A stretch of 64,000 bases of DNA. It comes from Squalus acanthias (taxonomy: Eukaryota). Each line of letters opens with the position of its first letter. Within the stretch, counting starts at the first letter, position 1. The stretch covers positions 1 to 64,000 of the forward strand of contig JASTWF010000333.1 in assembly GCA_030390025.1 (NCBI GenBank), given 5' to 3'. The notes below the pieces were generated by a model that was given only the letters and a program-made list of their open reading frames with translations, ran no database searches and was not told the DNA's origin. Shown in pieces: positions 49,595 through 61,334 of this stretch. The translations under genes were made by a program, and so were the position numbers.

Positions 49595-49910
49595 TTGTGG
49601 CCTAGTAGGCCTTCCTCTTGGAATTGAGCATGACTGGAAGAATGAGCCGAGGTAACACAGAGCAGGACAAGCTGCTAGAAGAGGGAGGAGGAGGAGGGGG
49701 AGAAGGGCTCTCAGCAGGAGGCCATATCCACCCAGGGGGTTCCGGGCACAATTCTCCTATCTGAGCTTCAATGATGACCAATGTTTGAAACGTCTTCGCT
49801 TCACCAAGGAGGTCCTCACTGAAATCTGCCACCTGCTGCAGCCACAACTCCAACCTCAGAGCAGGGCAAGGACCGCATTGCCCATGGCTGTGAAGGTGAC
49901 CGTGGCTGTG
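49595..49910 (+). pseudogene. Harbinger transposase N-terminal fragment (DDE core deleted)
   Basis: RRPYPPRGFRAQFSYLSFNDDQCLKRLRFTKEVLTEICHLLQPQLQPQSRARTALPMAVKVTVAV, then an abrupt join to the 3' end of the Myb-like gene. Confidence 0.8.
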
Positions 49911-50191
49911 GAGAAGCCTTGGGGGATGATCTCGAGCAGCTCTGAGCCTAAAAGGCAGGCTTCAGACTGCACCACTTCGGCATGGGCAGCAGCAGTCTTG
50001 GCTGGTTGGCTGACAGGCAAAAGCAAGGGTACTGGTAGAGATGCAGGGGTGGGAGCACGAATGCTGTCATCCGGAGAGAGGACAGCAGGTTCGTGCTCCA
50101 TGGCGCCACAGCCACTCTCCCGGGCAGCGCCAAAGCAATCCTACTAATCTGTCGGAGGACAGTTTGCTGGACTGCTGTGACACCCTGAAAG

Positions 50192-51154
50192 AAACATAGA
50201 AACATAGAAAAATAGGAGCAGGAGTAGGCCATTCGGCCCTTTGAGCGTGCTCCGCCATTCAATATGATCATGGCTAATCCTCTATCTCAATACCATATTC
50301 CCGCTCTCTCCCCATATCCCTTGATGCCTTTTGTGTCTAGAAATCTATCTATCTCCTTCTTAAATATATTCAGTGACTTGGCCTCCACAGCCTTCTGTGG
50401 TAGAGAATTCCACAGGTTCACCACCCCCTGAGTGAAGAAATTTCTCCTCATCTCAGTCCTAAATGTCCTACCCAGTATCCTGAGACTGTGACCCCTCATT
50501 CTAGACCCCCCAGCCAGGGGAAACATCCTCCCTGCATCCAGTCTGTCTAGCCCTGTCAGAATTTTATACGTTTCAATGAGAACCCCTCTCATTCTTCTAA
50601 ACTCTAGTGAATACAGGCCTAGTCGACCCAATCTCTCCTCATACGACAGTCCTGCCATCCCAGGAATCAGTCTGGTGAACCTTCGCTGCACTCCCTCTAT
50701 ATCCTTTCTTAGGTAAGGAGACCAAAACTGCACACAGTACTCAAGGTGAAGTCTCACAAAGGCCCTATATAACTATAGTAAGACATCCTTGCTCCTGTAC
50801 TCAAATCCTCTTGCAATGAAGGCCAACATACCATTTGCCTTCCTAACTGCTTGCTGCACCTGCATGTTTGCTTTCAGTGACTGGTGTACAAGGACACCCA
50901 GGTCCCTTTGTACTTCAACATTTCCCAATCTATCACCATTTAAATAATATTCTGCCTTTCTGTTTTTCCTACCGAAGTGGATAACTTCACATTTATCCAC
51001 GTTATACTGCATCTGCCATTTATTTGCCCACTCACTTAACTTGTCAAAATTGCCTTGAAGCCTCTTTGCATCCTCCTCACAACTCACAATCCCACCTAGT
51101 TTCGTGTCGTCAGCAAACTTGGAAATATTACATTTGGTTCCCTCATCCAAATCC
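50192..51154 (-). mobile_element. CR1 LINE 3' fragment inserted in Myb-like exon 3
   Basis: ORFs 50287-50757 and 50773-51156; (CTATGTTT)n tail; AAAG at 50188-50191 and 51155-51158. Confidence 0.92.
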
Positions 51155-52473
51155 AAAGCCCCTTTGAATACTGGTATCCAGAGTCAGGATAACAGCAGAC
51201 TGAGCGTCCACTGCAGCAGTCTGATGCTTGGTGGAAGCTGCTTGTGCAGCAATGGAAGCTGCGATATCGGCCATCAGACGCTGCATCATGGTTGGTTCCA
51301 CAAGTGTGTTGATGGAGTTGGCCACCAGTTCCTTGCTGGAAAGGATGGGCTCCAAGCTCTGCGCAAAGCCCCGTGCCAAGTAGGAGCTGGACCCCTCAAT
51401 GCTCGTTGACATTGCCCACAGGCTTTCTGGCAGACTTCCCAATGCCCAAGCGTTTTGGTTGTGTACACCAATCAGCCTTTTTCTGTAGCCTGGCCCATCA
51501 AAGTCCTCATTTGATTCCTCTGCAGCAGAACTAGTATGCGGCCTCATCCTCCGGCGAGCTGGCACCTGCGCTATCCTTTCCCCCCCACCCTGGCTGCAGC
51601 ACACTTGTGCCCAGGTCTCACCACGTGCAGATACCACCTCTATGCTATCCTCTAAATTACACGCAGTGTCAGTACCTGAGCTAGTGGCCGCGAGTGTGAA
51701 ATCGAGTGACGGTGTCCCTTCATCATCACTGTCTTCCTGCTCTGCCACCACAGCCTGAGTAGTTGCAGTTCTTAGGTATCTGAAATGAAAATGGGACATG
51801 GGCTGAGTTGTGTTGAGGGGAGAGGAAAAAGTAAGAAGTGCTGCTTACACCATCTGCAGCTTGTAAGTCAGAAGAGAGTTAGGAATGAAGGAGAAGTGGG
51901 ATGTGAGATGGAGGTTTAGGTATGAGGATACCATCATCTTCAATGGGATCAGCCCCGCCAGTGGCCACAGCCTCAGCTATGGCCCTTCCCACAATGGCCA
52001 GCACCAGCTCATCTATGAGGGTTAGAACATGTAGTCACGCCTATCCCCCTCCAGTTAGTTCCTGCTGCCTCTGGTTGTGTGCCACCTTGGCCTGCAAGAG
52101 AGAGGGAAATGTGTCAGTGAGTGTCATGCAACTGTTTGGGTGATGTGGCTGTCATGGTTGAATCGCTGGCAGTGTGTGCAAGCTGTGAGATGTGGGTGTG
52201 AGGCTTGCAACACTACTAAATGTGTAAGGGTGGGGTGAAGCATATGAATGTTAGCTATGAGTCCTGATTGATGGAGATTGCTGGTAGGTGAGTGATGGGG
52301 GTATGGTGAACTGAGCAGTGGCTGAGGCTAGTGGTGCAGTTGGTAGAATATGGCATTTGAAGATGCATTCACTGACCTTGACCACTCGCGTCAGGTCATT
52401 GAACTTCTTCCATTACTGCATTGAAGTCTTTGGGGCTGCACTCCTGCCATTTACTTCTGCGGCTATCTGTTCC

Positions 52474-53959
52474 AAAATTCCCTAGATTCTAGAACGGTCC
52501 CAGTGGATTGGAAGATAGCAAATGTAACCCCGCTATTCAAGAAAGGAGGGAGAGAGAAAACAGGAACTACAGGCCAGTTAGCCTGACATCAGTCGTTGGG
52601 AAAATGCTGGAATCCGTTGTTAAGGACGTGGTATCAGGTCACTCAGAAAATCATAATATGATTAGGCAGAGTCAACATAGTTTTATGAAAGGGAAATCGT
52701 GTTTGACAAATTTATTAGAGTTTTTTGAGGATGTAATTGGCAGGGTCAATAAAGGGGAACCAGTGGATGTAGTATATTTGTTTTTCCAAAAGGCATTCGA
52801 TAAGGTGCCACATAAAAGGTTGCTACGCGAGATAAGGGCACATGGCGTTGGGGGTTATATATTAGCATGGATTGATTAATGGATAGAAAACAGAGAGTAG
52901 GGATAAATGGGTCATTTTCTGGTTGGCAGGCTGTAACTAGTAGGGTGCCGCAAGGATCAGTGCTTGGGCCTCAGCTATTTACAATCTATATTAATGACTT
53001 AGATGAAAGGAACGACTGCAATGTAGCCAAGTTTGCTGACGATACAAAGTTAGGTAGGAAAGTAAGCTGTGAGTAGGACACAAAGAGCCTGCAAAGGGAT
53101 GTAGCCAGGTTAAGTGAGTGGGCAATAAGGCGGCAGATGTAGTATAATTTGGGGAAATGTGAGGTTATTCACTTTGGTGGGAAGAATAGAAAAACAGAAT
53201 ATTTTTTAAATGGTGAGGAACTATTAAAAGTTGATGTTCAGTGAGATTTAGGTGTCCTCATACAGGAAACACAGAGAGTTAGCATGCAGGTACAGCAAGC
53301 AATTAGGAAGGCAAGTGTCATGTTGGGCTTTATTGCAAGGGGGTTGGAGTACAAGAGTAACAAAATCTTACTACAATTGTACAGGGCTCTGGTGAGACCA
53401 CACCTGGAGTACTGTGCACAGTTTTGGTCTCCTTATCTGAGAAAAGACATACATGCCTTAGAGGCAGTGAAACGAAGGTTCACTAGATTGATCCCTGGGA
53501 TGAAAGGCTTGTCCTATGAGGAGAGATTGAGTAGATTGGGCCTATATTGTCTGGAGTTTAGAAGAATGAGCGGTGATCTAATTGAAAAACATAAGATTCT
53601 GAGGGGGCTTGACAGGGTAGATGCTGAGAGATTGTTTCCCCTGGCTGGAGTGTCTAGAACTAGGGGGCATAATCTCAGGATAGGGGTCAGCCAGTTAAGA
53701 CTAAGATGAGGAGGTATTTCTTCATTCAGAATGTTGTGAATCATTTGAATTCTCTACCACAGAAGGCTGTGAATGCTGAGTCTTTGAGTATATTCAAGGC
53801 TGAGATAGGTAGATTTTTGGACTTTAGGGGAATCAAAGGATATGGAGATCAGGCGGGAAAGTGGAGTTGAGGTCGATGATCAGCCATGATCTTACTGAAT
53901 TGCGGAGCAGACTCGCGGGGCCATATGGCCTACTCCTGCTCCTAATTCTTACATTCTTA
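52474..53959 (+). mobile_element. CR1 LINE 3' fragment (about 1.5 kb) inserted in Myb-like exon 1
   Basis: ORFs 52508-53709 with RT motifs; TGTTCC at 52468-52473 and 53960-53965. Confidence 0.92.
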
Positions 53960-55780
53960 TGTTCCCACTGCCTTCTCATCATGTATTTGGAGGGCCTCAT
54001 GCCCCTTTGCGGATACAGGATGTCTCTCCTCCTGTCCACCTCGTCCACCAAGATCTCTAGTGCAGCGTTCGAAAACCTGGGTGCCCGCTCTCTCCCATGG
54101 TCAGCCATTCTTCTCTCTTTCCCAGGTCAGATTCAGTTGCAGAATGACTCCCAGCACCTGCTGCAACCACAATACACCTCCTCTGTAAGAGGTGCAGGCT
54201 AACTTTAAGAAGTGCATGTTACTAACGATATTGGGTCCCCTGCTGATGTGTGCAGCCAATGAACAGCGCCCTCTTTTCACATCCCACTTCTCCCTCATCC
54301 CTAACTCTCTACAAGCCGCAGATGGTGTAAGCAGCACTTCTTACTTTCTCCTCTCCCCTCACCACAACCCAACCCTTGCCCCTTTTTCATTTCAGATACC
54401 TAAGAACTACAACTCCCCAGGCTGTGGTGGAAGAGTAGGAAGACAGTGCTGCCTGCATTCCACTCAACAGGCATGGGTCAATCGTGCATCGCGATCCCCG
54501 CGGCCTTTTTCGGGGCTAACCAATTTATAGCCCACTTACTCCTGAATGCACCAGCCCTAACTTTTTCAGCCATTTTTAGTGCAAAACTAGTGGGCAAATA
54601 CAGCAAGTTCACACCGTTGCAGTCATTTCAATGCCGAGTCTGTCGGCGAGGACTGCAGCAGCGCACCCTGTGGAGGAGCGGGGTATCTCCGACAGCAACT
54701 TCTGGATTTCCACGTTTAAATGCGCATGTACGGACTCCAGAAGTTGTTGTCAGATTTCCTCCATTATAACGGTGAACGCTGATAGCCTCACTGTTATTCT
54801 CATCACAAATTCCGGGCCATTTACTTGTTCATCCTGCTTGAATTGTATTTCTGCTGAGTGATAATTGAATATCACTGAAGACAATTGTGGACATGTCCCC
54901 AGCTCAGAGTGTCCTGCCCTTTCAGTGACCTGCAAAGAAAAAAAGGACAAATGGGAGATAAAAAATATATGTTAAAAGGATAAATTTTTTTCATTGCAAG
55001 AAAGAAACTAAAGTTGTTCATAGCACACCACAAACTGTTTTGATTCTTTGAGTGAATAACGGACAAATCCCCAGTGAAGTTAAACAGGTTAAATTCAGCG
55101 ATAAATTTTCATTCATGCAAGTCTCATCATAAAAAGTGGTTAAAAAGGGAAGCGAGCAAGAGGTAATCCTTCATGTTACATTTAGCACTGAGCCTAAATT
55201 GGAATTGCAATTGGAATATTGGGAGATTGTGGAGCACTTAATTTTACTTTGTTTTACCATTAGATTTAACCTTCTGACATGGACTTGAACAAAATGTAAT
55301 AAAATGAGCTTACCTTGTTTCACAAGATTTGATTTAAGGTATTGAGGAGAGAGCAGGGGAAAATGAATTGATAAATAAAATGTTTGTAGAAAAATAATAA
55401 GCGAAAATCAAATGGTTTTAAATATATTAGTACATCTCACATGCCATTGGTGAAGGACAAAATTGAAAAGAAATTGGAATTGATGACATCTCAGCAGTGG
55501 ACACCCGCGAGTCCATCACAGAGTGCTCAGGAATTCAATCCTCGGTATCTATAGACTTCTAGCAGCAATTTTATTTTAAACGATCTCGGACCTCAATATT
55601 TCTAAAAAATCTTGCTGTCTAAAATTTGTCAGTTGCTAACATTTGATTTTTCCTGCTGATGCAAGTATTATAATGGCAAGTCAATTCTGTTTTAGTATAC
55701 GCCCCATCCATTCTCATTAGTCTCCCACCTCACGAGTCCACAGGTCTGTCAATGAAAAATGTTGGACCAACAGGAATTTA

Positions 55781-56246
55781 AAGAAAGAAAGACTTGCATT
55801 TATATAGCGCCTTTCACGACCTCAGGACGTCCCAAAGTGTTTTACAGCCTATTAAGTACTTTTGAAGTGTAGTTACTGTTGCAGGGTAAGAAACACGGCA
55901 GCCAATTTGCACACAGCTCCCACAAACAGTGATGTGATAATGACCAGATAGTCTGTTGTTTAATGATGTTGATTGCAGGATAAATATTGGCCAGGAAACC
56001 GGGCTTAACTCCCCTGCTCTTCTTCAAAATAGTGCCAAGGGATCTTTCACATCCAACTGAGAGGGCAGACGGGGCCTTGGTTTAACATCTCATCCGAAAG
56101 ATGGCACCTCCGACAGTGCAGCACTCCCTCAGCACTGCACTGGAATGTCAGCCTAGATTTCTGTGCTCAAGTCTTTGGAATGGGACTTGAACGCACAACC
56201 TTCTGACTCAGAGCTGAGAGTGTTATCAACTGAGCCACAACTGACA
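55781..56246 (-). mobile_element. Full-length Deu-domain SINE (SacSINE1-like)
   Basis: - strand tRNA-like head GTGGCTCAGTTG...GCGTTCAAGTCCC, Deu-like core, L2-like tail GGCGCTATATAAATGCAAGTC(TTTC)n. Confidence 0.75.
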
Positions 56247-56499
56247 AATCTCTGTCATAGATTCCTGTTAAACAGCAACTTGCATTTATATAGCACCTTT
56301 AACATAATAAAACTTCCCAAGGCATTTCACAGGAGTGTTATCAAACTAAATTTGTTAAATGTATGAGTACACTTGCTACCATGCTCCTGGCCACAATGTA
56401 GGCAAATCCTGAACCAGTTAGTGGTGTGGCACAAATGCCCTTGCCTCTTCCAATTAATACCTTTGACATTCTGCTTAAGCCATGCAAAGCTAAAATACT

Positions 56500-57012
56500 G
56501 CACACTTGGAGTACTGTGCACAGTTCTGGTCTCCATATTATAATAGGATTTTGAAGCATTGGAGAAGGTGCAAAATAGATTCACAAGGAGGATACCAGAA
56601 CTGAGAAGATATACTTATCAGGAAAAGCTGAACAGGCTGGGGTTCTATTCTCTAGAAAAGAGAAGGCTGAGGGTGATCTGATAGAGGTCGTTAAGATAAT
56701 GAAAGGGTTTGATAGGGTAGATGTAGAGAAACTGTTTCCACTTGTGGGGGGAGTTCAAAACTAGAGTTCATAAATATAAGATAGTCACTAATATATACAA
56801 TAGGGAATTCAGGAGAAACTTTATCCGAAGAGTGGTATGAATGTGGAACGCACTACCACAAGGAGTAGTTGGGGCGAACAGCATAGATGCATTTAAGGGG
56901 AAGCTAGATAAGCAGATGAGGGAGAAAGGAATAGAAGGATATGCTGATAGGGTTAGATGAAGAGGGATGGGAGGAGGCTCGTGTTGAGCGTAAATGCCTG
57001 TATAGATAAGTT
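56500..57012 (+). mobile_element. CR1 LINE 3' fragment
   Basis: CACTTGGAGTACTGTGCACAGTTCTGGTCTCC...GAATGTGGAAC homology to CR1 ORF2 C-terminus. Confidence 0.8.
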
Positions 57013-58633
57013 GGGGCGGAAGTTCGGGTTTCCCCGCATGCTGTGGAGTTTTGACTCCACAACATGTGTAGCTTTGCTTTGACAGGTTCCCCGGCTGGAA
57101 GTCAACTTGATTGACATGTTTGGCTTCCAGTCGGGCGGAGAGCACTCTGGAGGAGGCTGCAGCCGCAGGTTAGTCGCCTGCTGCCGCTAGTGGAAACGTG
57201 GGGGGGTCTGATCCCCGACACCAGGGGTCCGATCCCCGACCGGGGCGTTTGGGGATCTGATGGGCGGGAGCTTTGGGAGGGTCGGGGGGAAGCATTTACC
57301 TTCTCCCTGATGCTGTCCTCACTTCCCTTCATCTGCCTGGTTTTCCGAGGCCTGGGAAACCTGGCCAGCCAGGGTTAAACCTGCAAAGTGGGTTAAATCC
57401 GTGGCTGCCAGCGTCATTAAAGTATTTAATTGGCCAACTCGCCTCTTGGGAGCGGTTTGGCTGCCTGCCCCTTGTCCCGCCTCAATTAAACCTGGAAGTG
57501 GGCGGGTTGGTGGTGGGTTGGGGTCAGGTTTGAGATTTTTAGGGGGTTATTTTGGTGAAAGGGTGTAAACAGGCACTAAATAGGTTCCGTGCTAATAAGA
57601 CATGCCTATTTAAAAGTCTGGTTTTAGCACGCCATTTTGGACTTAATTGCTGATTACCATAATTTGAACATGCCTGGAGGTGTTAAAACTGACACCTGCA
57701 TGTTTAGCACTCAAGCGCTGATTAGAAGCAATTTTTGTGGAGCAGTATATGTGGGCTCCATGCACACACTTCCACTGAAGGTGTGGAGTGCGCTGGCTGA
57801 CAAACAACGGCAGTTTTCAGGATGGCTCAGGGACCGAGGGAGAGGGTGCACAGGTTCCCGGATGCAGCAATGGAGGACCTGGTGGGGGAGGTCCAGAGAA
57901 GGAGGGATGTCCTGTACCCTCAGGGGGGAAGGAGTCCACCTCGCCCTCCTGTCCCTCTCTCCTGCAGCAGCTGGTGCTGCCCTGCCTGGCCTCATGTCCT
58001 CCACCTATTCCTCCTGCAGACCAAAGGGGCCCCCTAACAAGTTGCCCGTGACCAAGCACTCCCTTTCTGCTGGTGACTCCTAGAAGGTGTCCAATAAGTT
58101 GGAGTAGCTCAGCACGCACTCTTTTCAGATGAAGTCTTCAGAGAATTTCTGGAATAAATGTTGATAGCGTGTTGGTGAAGTCTTAACAAACTGTCCCAGA
58201 AAGTCTCCCCATGTGTTTCAATGGTCTGCTTCAAACCTCCAGCAGCAAGTGAATAGTAAAAGATGAATATGCCTTTAAGTAGCTCTCCAAATCCTCAGCA
58301 ACAACTGTTTATTCTGATTCAGCTGATCGCTGTTAGGGGAGGGTGTTAGGTCAAGCGCTATCCACCATAATGCCATGTAGTCTCTTTAATGAGCGCTAGC
58401 AGGCAATTTAACTGGCAATCAGCCTCTTAATGATACTCCAGGGGCCACTCCGAGCACAAGCTTCAATTCCTTTACTAAGATGGCGTCTTGTGCTAAATGC
58501 AGACTCAAGACCCCATCTTGGCCACCTCGGAGGCTCTTTAGATCCTAAAGGAGCCGGCAAAAATCACCCCCTTAAAGTTTTAATATCTCATCTGACCCCA
58601 ACCCATCCGTTTATGGGAGTTAAGATTCAGCCC
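57013..58633. mobile_element. Non-autonomous element hosting Harbinger relic C
   Basis: Right end AAGATTCAGCCC; subterminal hairpin arms 57514-57536 and 58585-58605 lie on either side of relic C. Left end not seen. Confidence 0.55.
57542..58571. mobile_element. PIF/Harbinger relic C (about 1 kb, internally deleted)
   Basis: TIRs GGGGGTTATTTT and rc GGGGGTGATTTT; canonical TTA TSD (57539-57541, 58572-58574); Myb-like N-terminus MAQGPRERVHRFPDAAMEDLVGEVQRRRDVLYPQGGR at 57822 (+). Confidence 0.88.
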
Positions 58634-58999
58634 GATGTAACTGTACATGGTGGTGTGGGAAAAACAAAAAAGTGATGATAAAATGATATTAAAAGGTTAA
58701 AAAGAATAAATTTCAAAAAAAAATTACAGTAGGGAAACTAAACATTTGTGGAAAACAAAGTATTGATGGACAAGCTGAGCTCTTTATTGCAGAAAGTTAC
58801 TTGCTTGTGGCATCACAGCTGACCCATCCTGTTCTCGCCTGACATCCACACAAGGACATTTCCAGCAGGGGTCACTGCATCGCAGTCAGGAACAGAAATT
58901 CAAGTTGACTTTTCCCTTTCTACCCTAGGGTGTTAAAAACCAATTGAAGGGCCTAAGCTGCTGCTCCAGTTGAGACCAACGAGGAGGCAGGGAGAGCAT

Positions 59000-59868
59000 A
59001 GGGGATGCTGAGAGCGGCTTAGGAACCCTACAAGGCCGGGGACGTGGAGGTCTTGCAAATCTTAATGGCAGGAACTCTTTTGCATCTTGTACCTTCGCCT
59101 CCTGCCTGGCAGCCGGCCAAATGAACAGCCTAGCCTGCGGGAGGGAGGCAGCACTATCGACAGGAGGCCACAGCTGGGGACCTTTGGGGATGGACCCCGG
59201 CAATCAGGAGGGGGGTGCGGGCATCTAGGGCTTTAGGGGGCTGGAAGGTCGGCAATTGGGAGGAGGGGGAGGTCGACAATCAGGGCTGGGGGAGGGGAAG
59301 GTGGCCAATTGGAGGCGGTGAGGCCTGTGATCAGGAGGGCTGGGGGGGAGGCCTGCGATCGGGGCTGGGGGGATAGCTGGGCAAGTCAGCATTCGGAAGG
59401 GGTGTGGGAGAGGCCTGCGACCAGGAGGGCTGGGGGCAGGCTGGAGATCGGGGCAAGGGAGTGGGAGAGGCTGGCGACTGGGGCTGGGTGAATCTGAAGA
59501 CCACCTTGTGGGGTCTGGGGGGAGCACTTCTGCTCTTCCTGGCCCACACGCAGTGCTGAAACAGCCATTTACCTTGTGGAGCCAGCAGCTCCAGCCTCCC
59601 TTTCACTGACTGGTTTCCCAACCCAAACCCACGCAACAGCAGTGAACTTTAAATCAGGCTCCTAATTGCACCATGGGAGCCCAATTTAAATATGTTAATT
59701 TAATGTCTCGCCTCTCCACGGCGGGACACTCGGGCACCCCGATATCCACCACCGTAAAAATAGCAGCAGGTGCGTGCATGGTGGGTTGGGGTCACGTTCT
59801 GTGCAATTCACTTTTTAACACACCCCGACCCTCTCCTGCCCATTGTGGGACTGTTAATGTCGAGGCCC
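59000..59868. mobile_element. GC-rich non-autonomous element (right end only defined)
   Basis: Ends AATGTCGAGGCCC; G-rich low-complexity interior resembling 57013-57540 and rc 6406-7090. Confidence 0.45.
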
Positions 59869-60055
59869 AAGTAACTCACAACAGAGCGTCTAACCTGGGA
59901 TCTTCTGGTTTATACAGTTCATATTACACAAGGTAGTGCCTTTTACCCAATCACCACTGGAGAAGCTACAAAGTGTGCGCTTCCATATTCTCTTAGGTCT
60001 ACAAATTGTTTTTTTTACATCTAATGCGTTTAATTGGTTCTTTTATCGTTTGTAG

Positions 60056-60166
60056 ATTTGGTTCTACACAAACAGCATCTTCAAAGAGGCTGGCATAAGT
60101 AAGGATCGCATCCCATACATCACTCTGAGCACCGGTGGCATTGAGATCGTGTCTTCAATTATTTCT
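60056..60166 (+). CDS. SLC2A9: GLUT9 internal coding exon, 111 bp
   Basis: TTTTATCGTTTGTAG acceptor, GTGAGT donor; [37 protein letters not shown], in frame with 45698-45885; matches human [14 protein letters not shown]...[12 protein letters not shown]. Confidence 0.95.
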
Positions 60167-61334
60167 GTGAGTAGAATCTACAACATTAAATCTATAGAGC
60201 TCTGGCCCTACTAGTCATGAGGAAATGTTTCTCTTTTTTTTAAATTGCAAAGTCTATCTGACCATTTTATTTTGTAAGAGGTAGTTTTATGAGCCTGTGT
60301 CACTGGTGGAATGCTACCAGAAGTGGGCTTTAAACCAGCTCTCTTCAGCTAACTTGTCGAAAACCTTATAAACACGATAGACATAAAGAAACTGCACTGA
60401 TATTTTTTTACATTTCATTGAGCTGCTGCCACTACTGAAATCTTGTTACATTTCCTTTATCTGACACTTTGCAAGTGAGGTCCATTGTTCATTAACTATC
60501 TGGATGGTGTGCAGTCAAATCCTATTTAATCAATCCAGAAACCTCTTGAGTCTAACTGCGGTCTTTGGCTGCATTCTGGCAAGAGCTGCTTTATTCTTGA
60601 CAGTGGGACTGAGCGTACAAACCATTGTACAACAGCTACCAACTACAACTGTCAACTGCACCATGGTTCACACAAGTTAAAAAGTAAGAATGTTGCTCGC
60701 AATAATTTATCTCATTCCCTATCATGCTCAGGGCCATTGTTCCAATTACCTATGGAAAACAACATATTATTAGTCGTCATTTCTTGTGGTGAACATGCTG
60801 TTTTTTTCTTGGCTACAGTTGCAAGAATTAAGAATAATGGTAAGTGAAATAGGACACCACTCTGGGCATTCCATCCCACGTAAAGCACTGCTTTAATCAT
60901 ATTCTTGCGGCAGTGAGCAAGTGTCCCATTACATGACTGAGCTCCCAAGAGGTGCCTCAGGGTGGGGAAGGGGGAAATGTCCAGCAAGGAGCACTTCTGA
61001 AAAATAAAATCACCAAAAACAGCAAAGCTCAAAATGTTTGCTCGCTTGCACTACTATCAGGCACACTGTACTGGGAACGCTTGTTGGGTTAGGATACCTG
61101 TTCTCTTTCTGAACTAGGAAATACAAACAACATATGACACAAACAGCATTGAGACTTACAGTGAGATCAGGATAATTAATCAACAAGATTACTTATGACA
61201 GAAGCATATCATATAATATGCGACATGGAATACACTAACTTGTTTTCTAGCATTGTGATAAAATGAGATGGATGCAGAAGTGATTTTTTTTTTCATTTAA
61301 CAAGTCTTCAACAAGTAAACAGTAGTTTACATAA

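Larger units (their letters stand above)
49911..54108 (-). pseudogene. Three-exon Myb/SANT-like (NAIF1/MSANTD-type) Harbinger partner gene, disrupted
   Basis: Exon 1 54108-52377 minus CR1: MADHGRERAPRFSNAALEILVDEVDRRRDILYP...RRQWEQIAAEVNGRSAAPKTSMQ*WKKFNDLTRVVK|gtcagt; exon 2 52091-51932 (AKVAHNQRQQELTGG); exon 3 from 51779 after TTTTCATTTCAG. Confidence 0.8.
49087..54533. mobile_element. PIF/Harbinger relic B (internally deleted)
   Basis: Ends GGGGGTGAAATT and rc GGGCTATAAATT; ACT on both flanks (49084-49086, 54534-54536); transposase N-terminus on +, Myb-like gene on -. Confidence 0.8.
48585..54818 (+). mobile_element. Outer non-autonomous TIR element hosting Harbinger relic B
   Basis: Ends GGCCCTGATTTTG and rc GGCCCGGAATTTG (11/13); left arm homologous to rc 34-200; flanks AAT/ATT differ by one base. 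Confidence 0.6.

Noticed and set aside
56165..56246. tRNA gene
   Set aside because: A/B-box-like motifs belong to a SINE head; no full cloverleaf is evident. Same for 22350-22432.
60530..60625. Hydrophobic frame SRNLLSLTAVFGCILARAALFLTVGLSVQ as the next SLC2A9 exon
   Set aside because: Lacks the GRR motif, spacing does not fit, and no suitable donor follows; probably chance.
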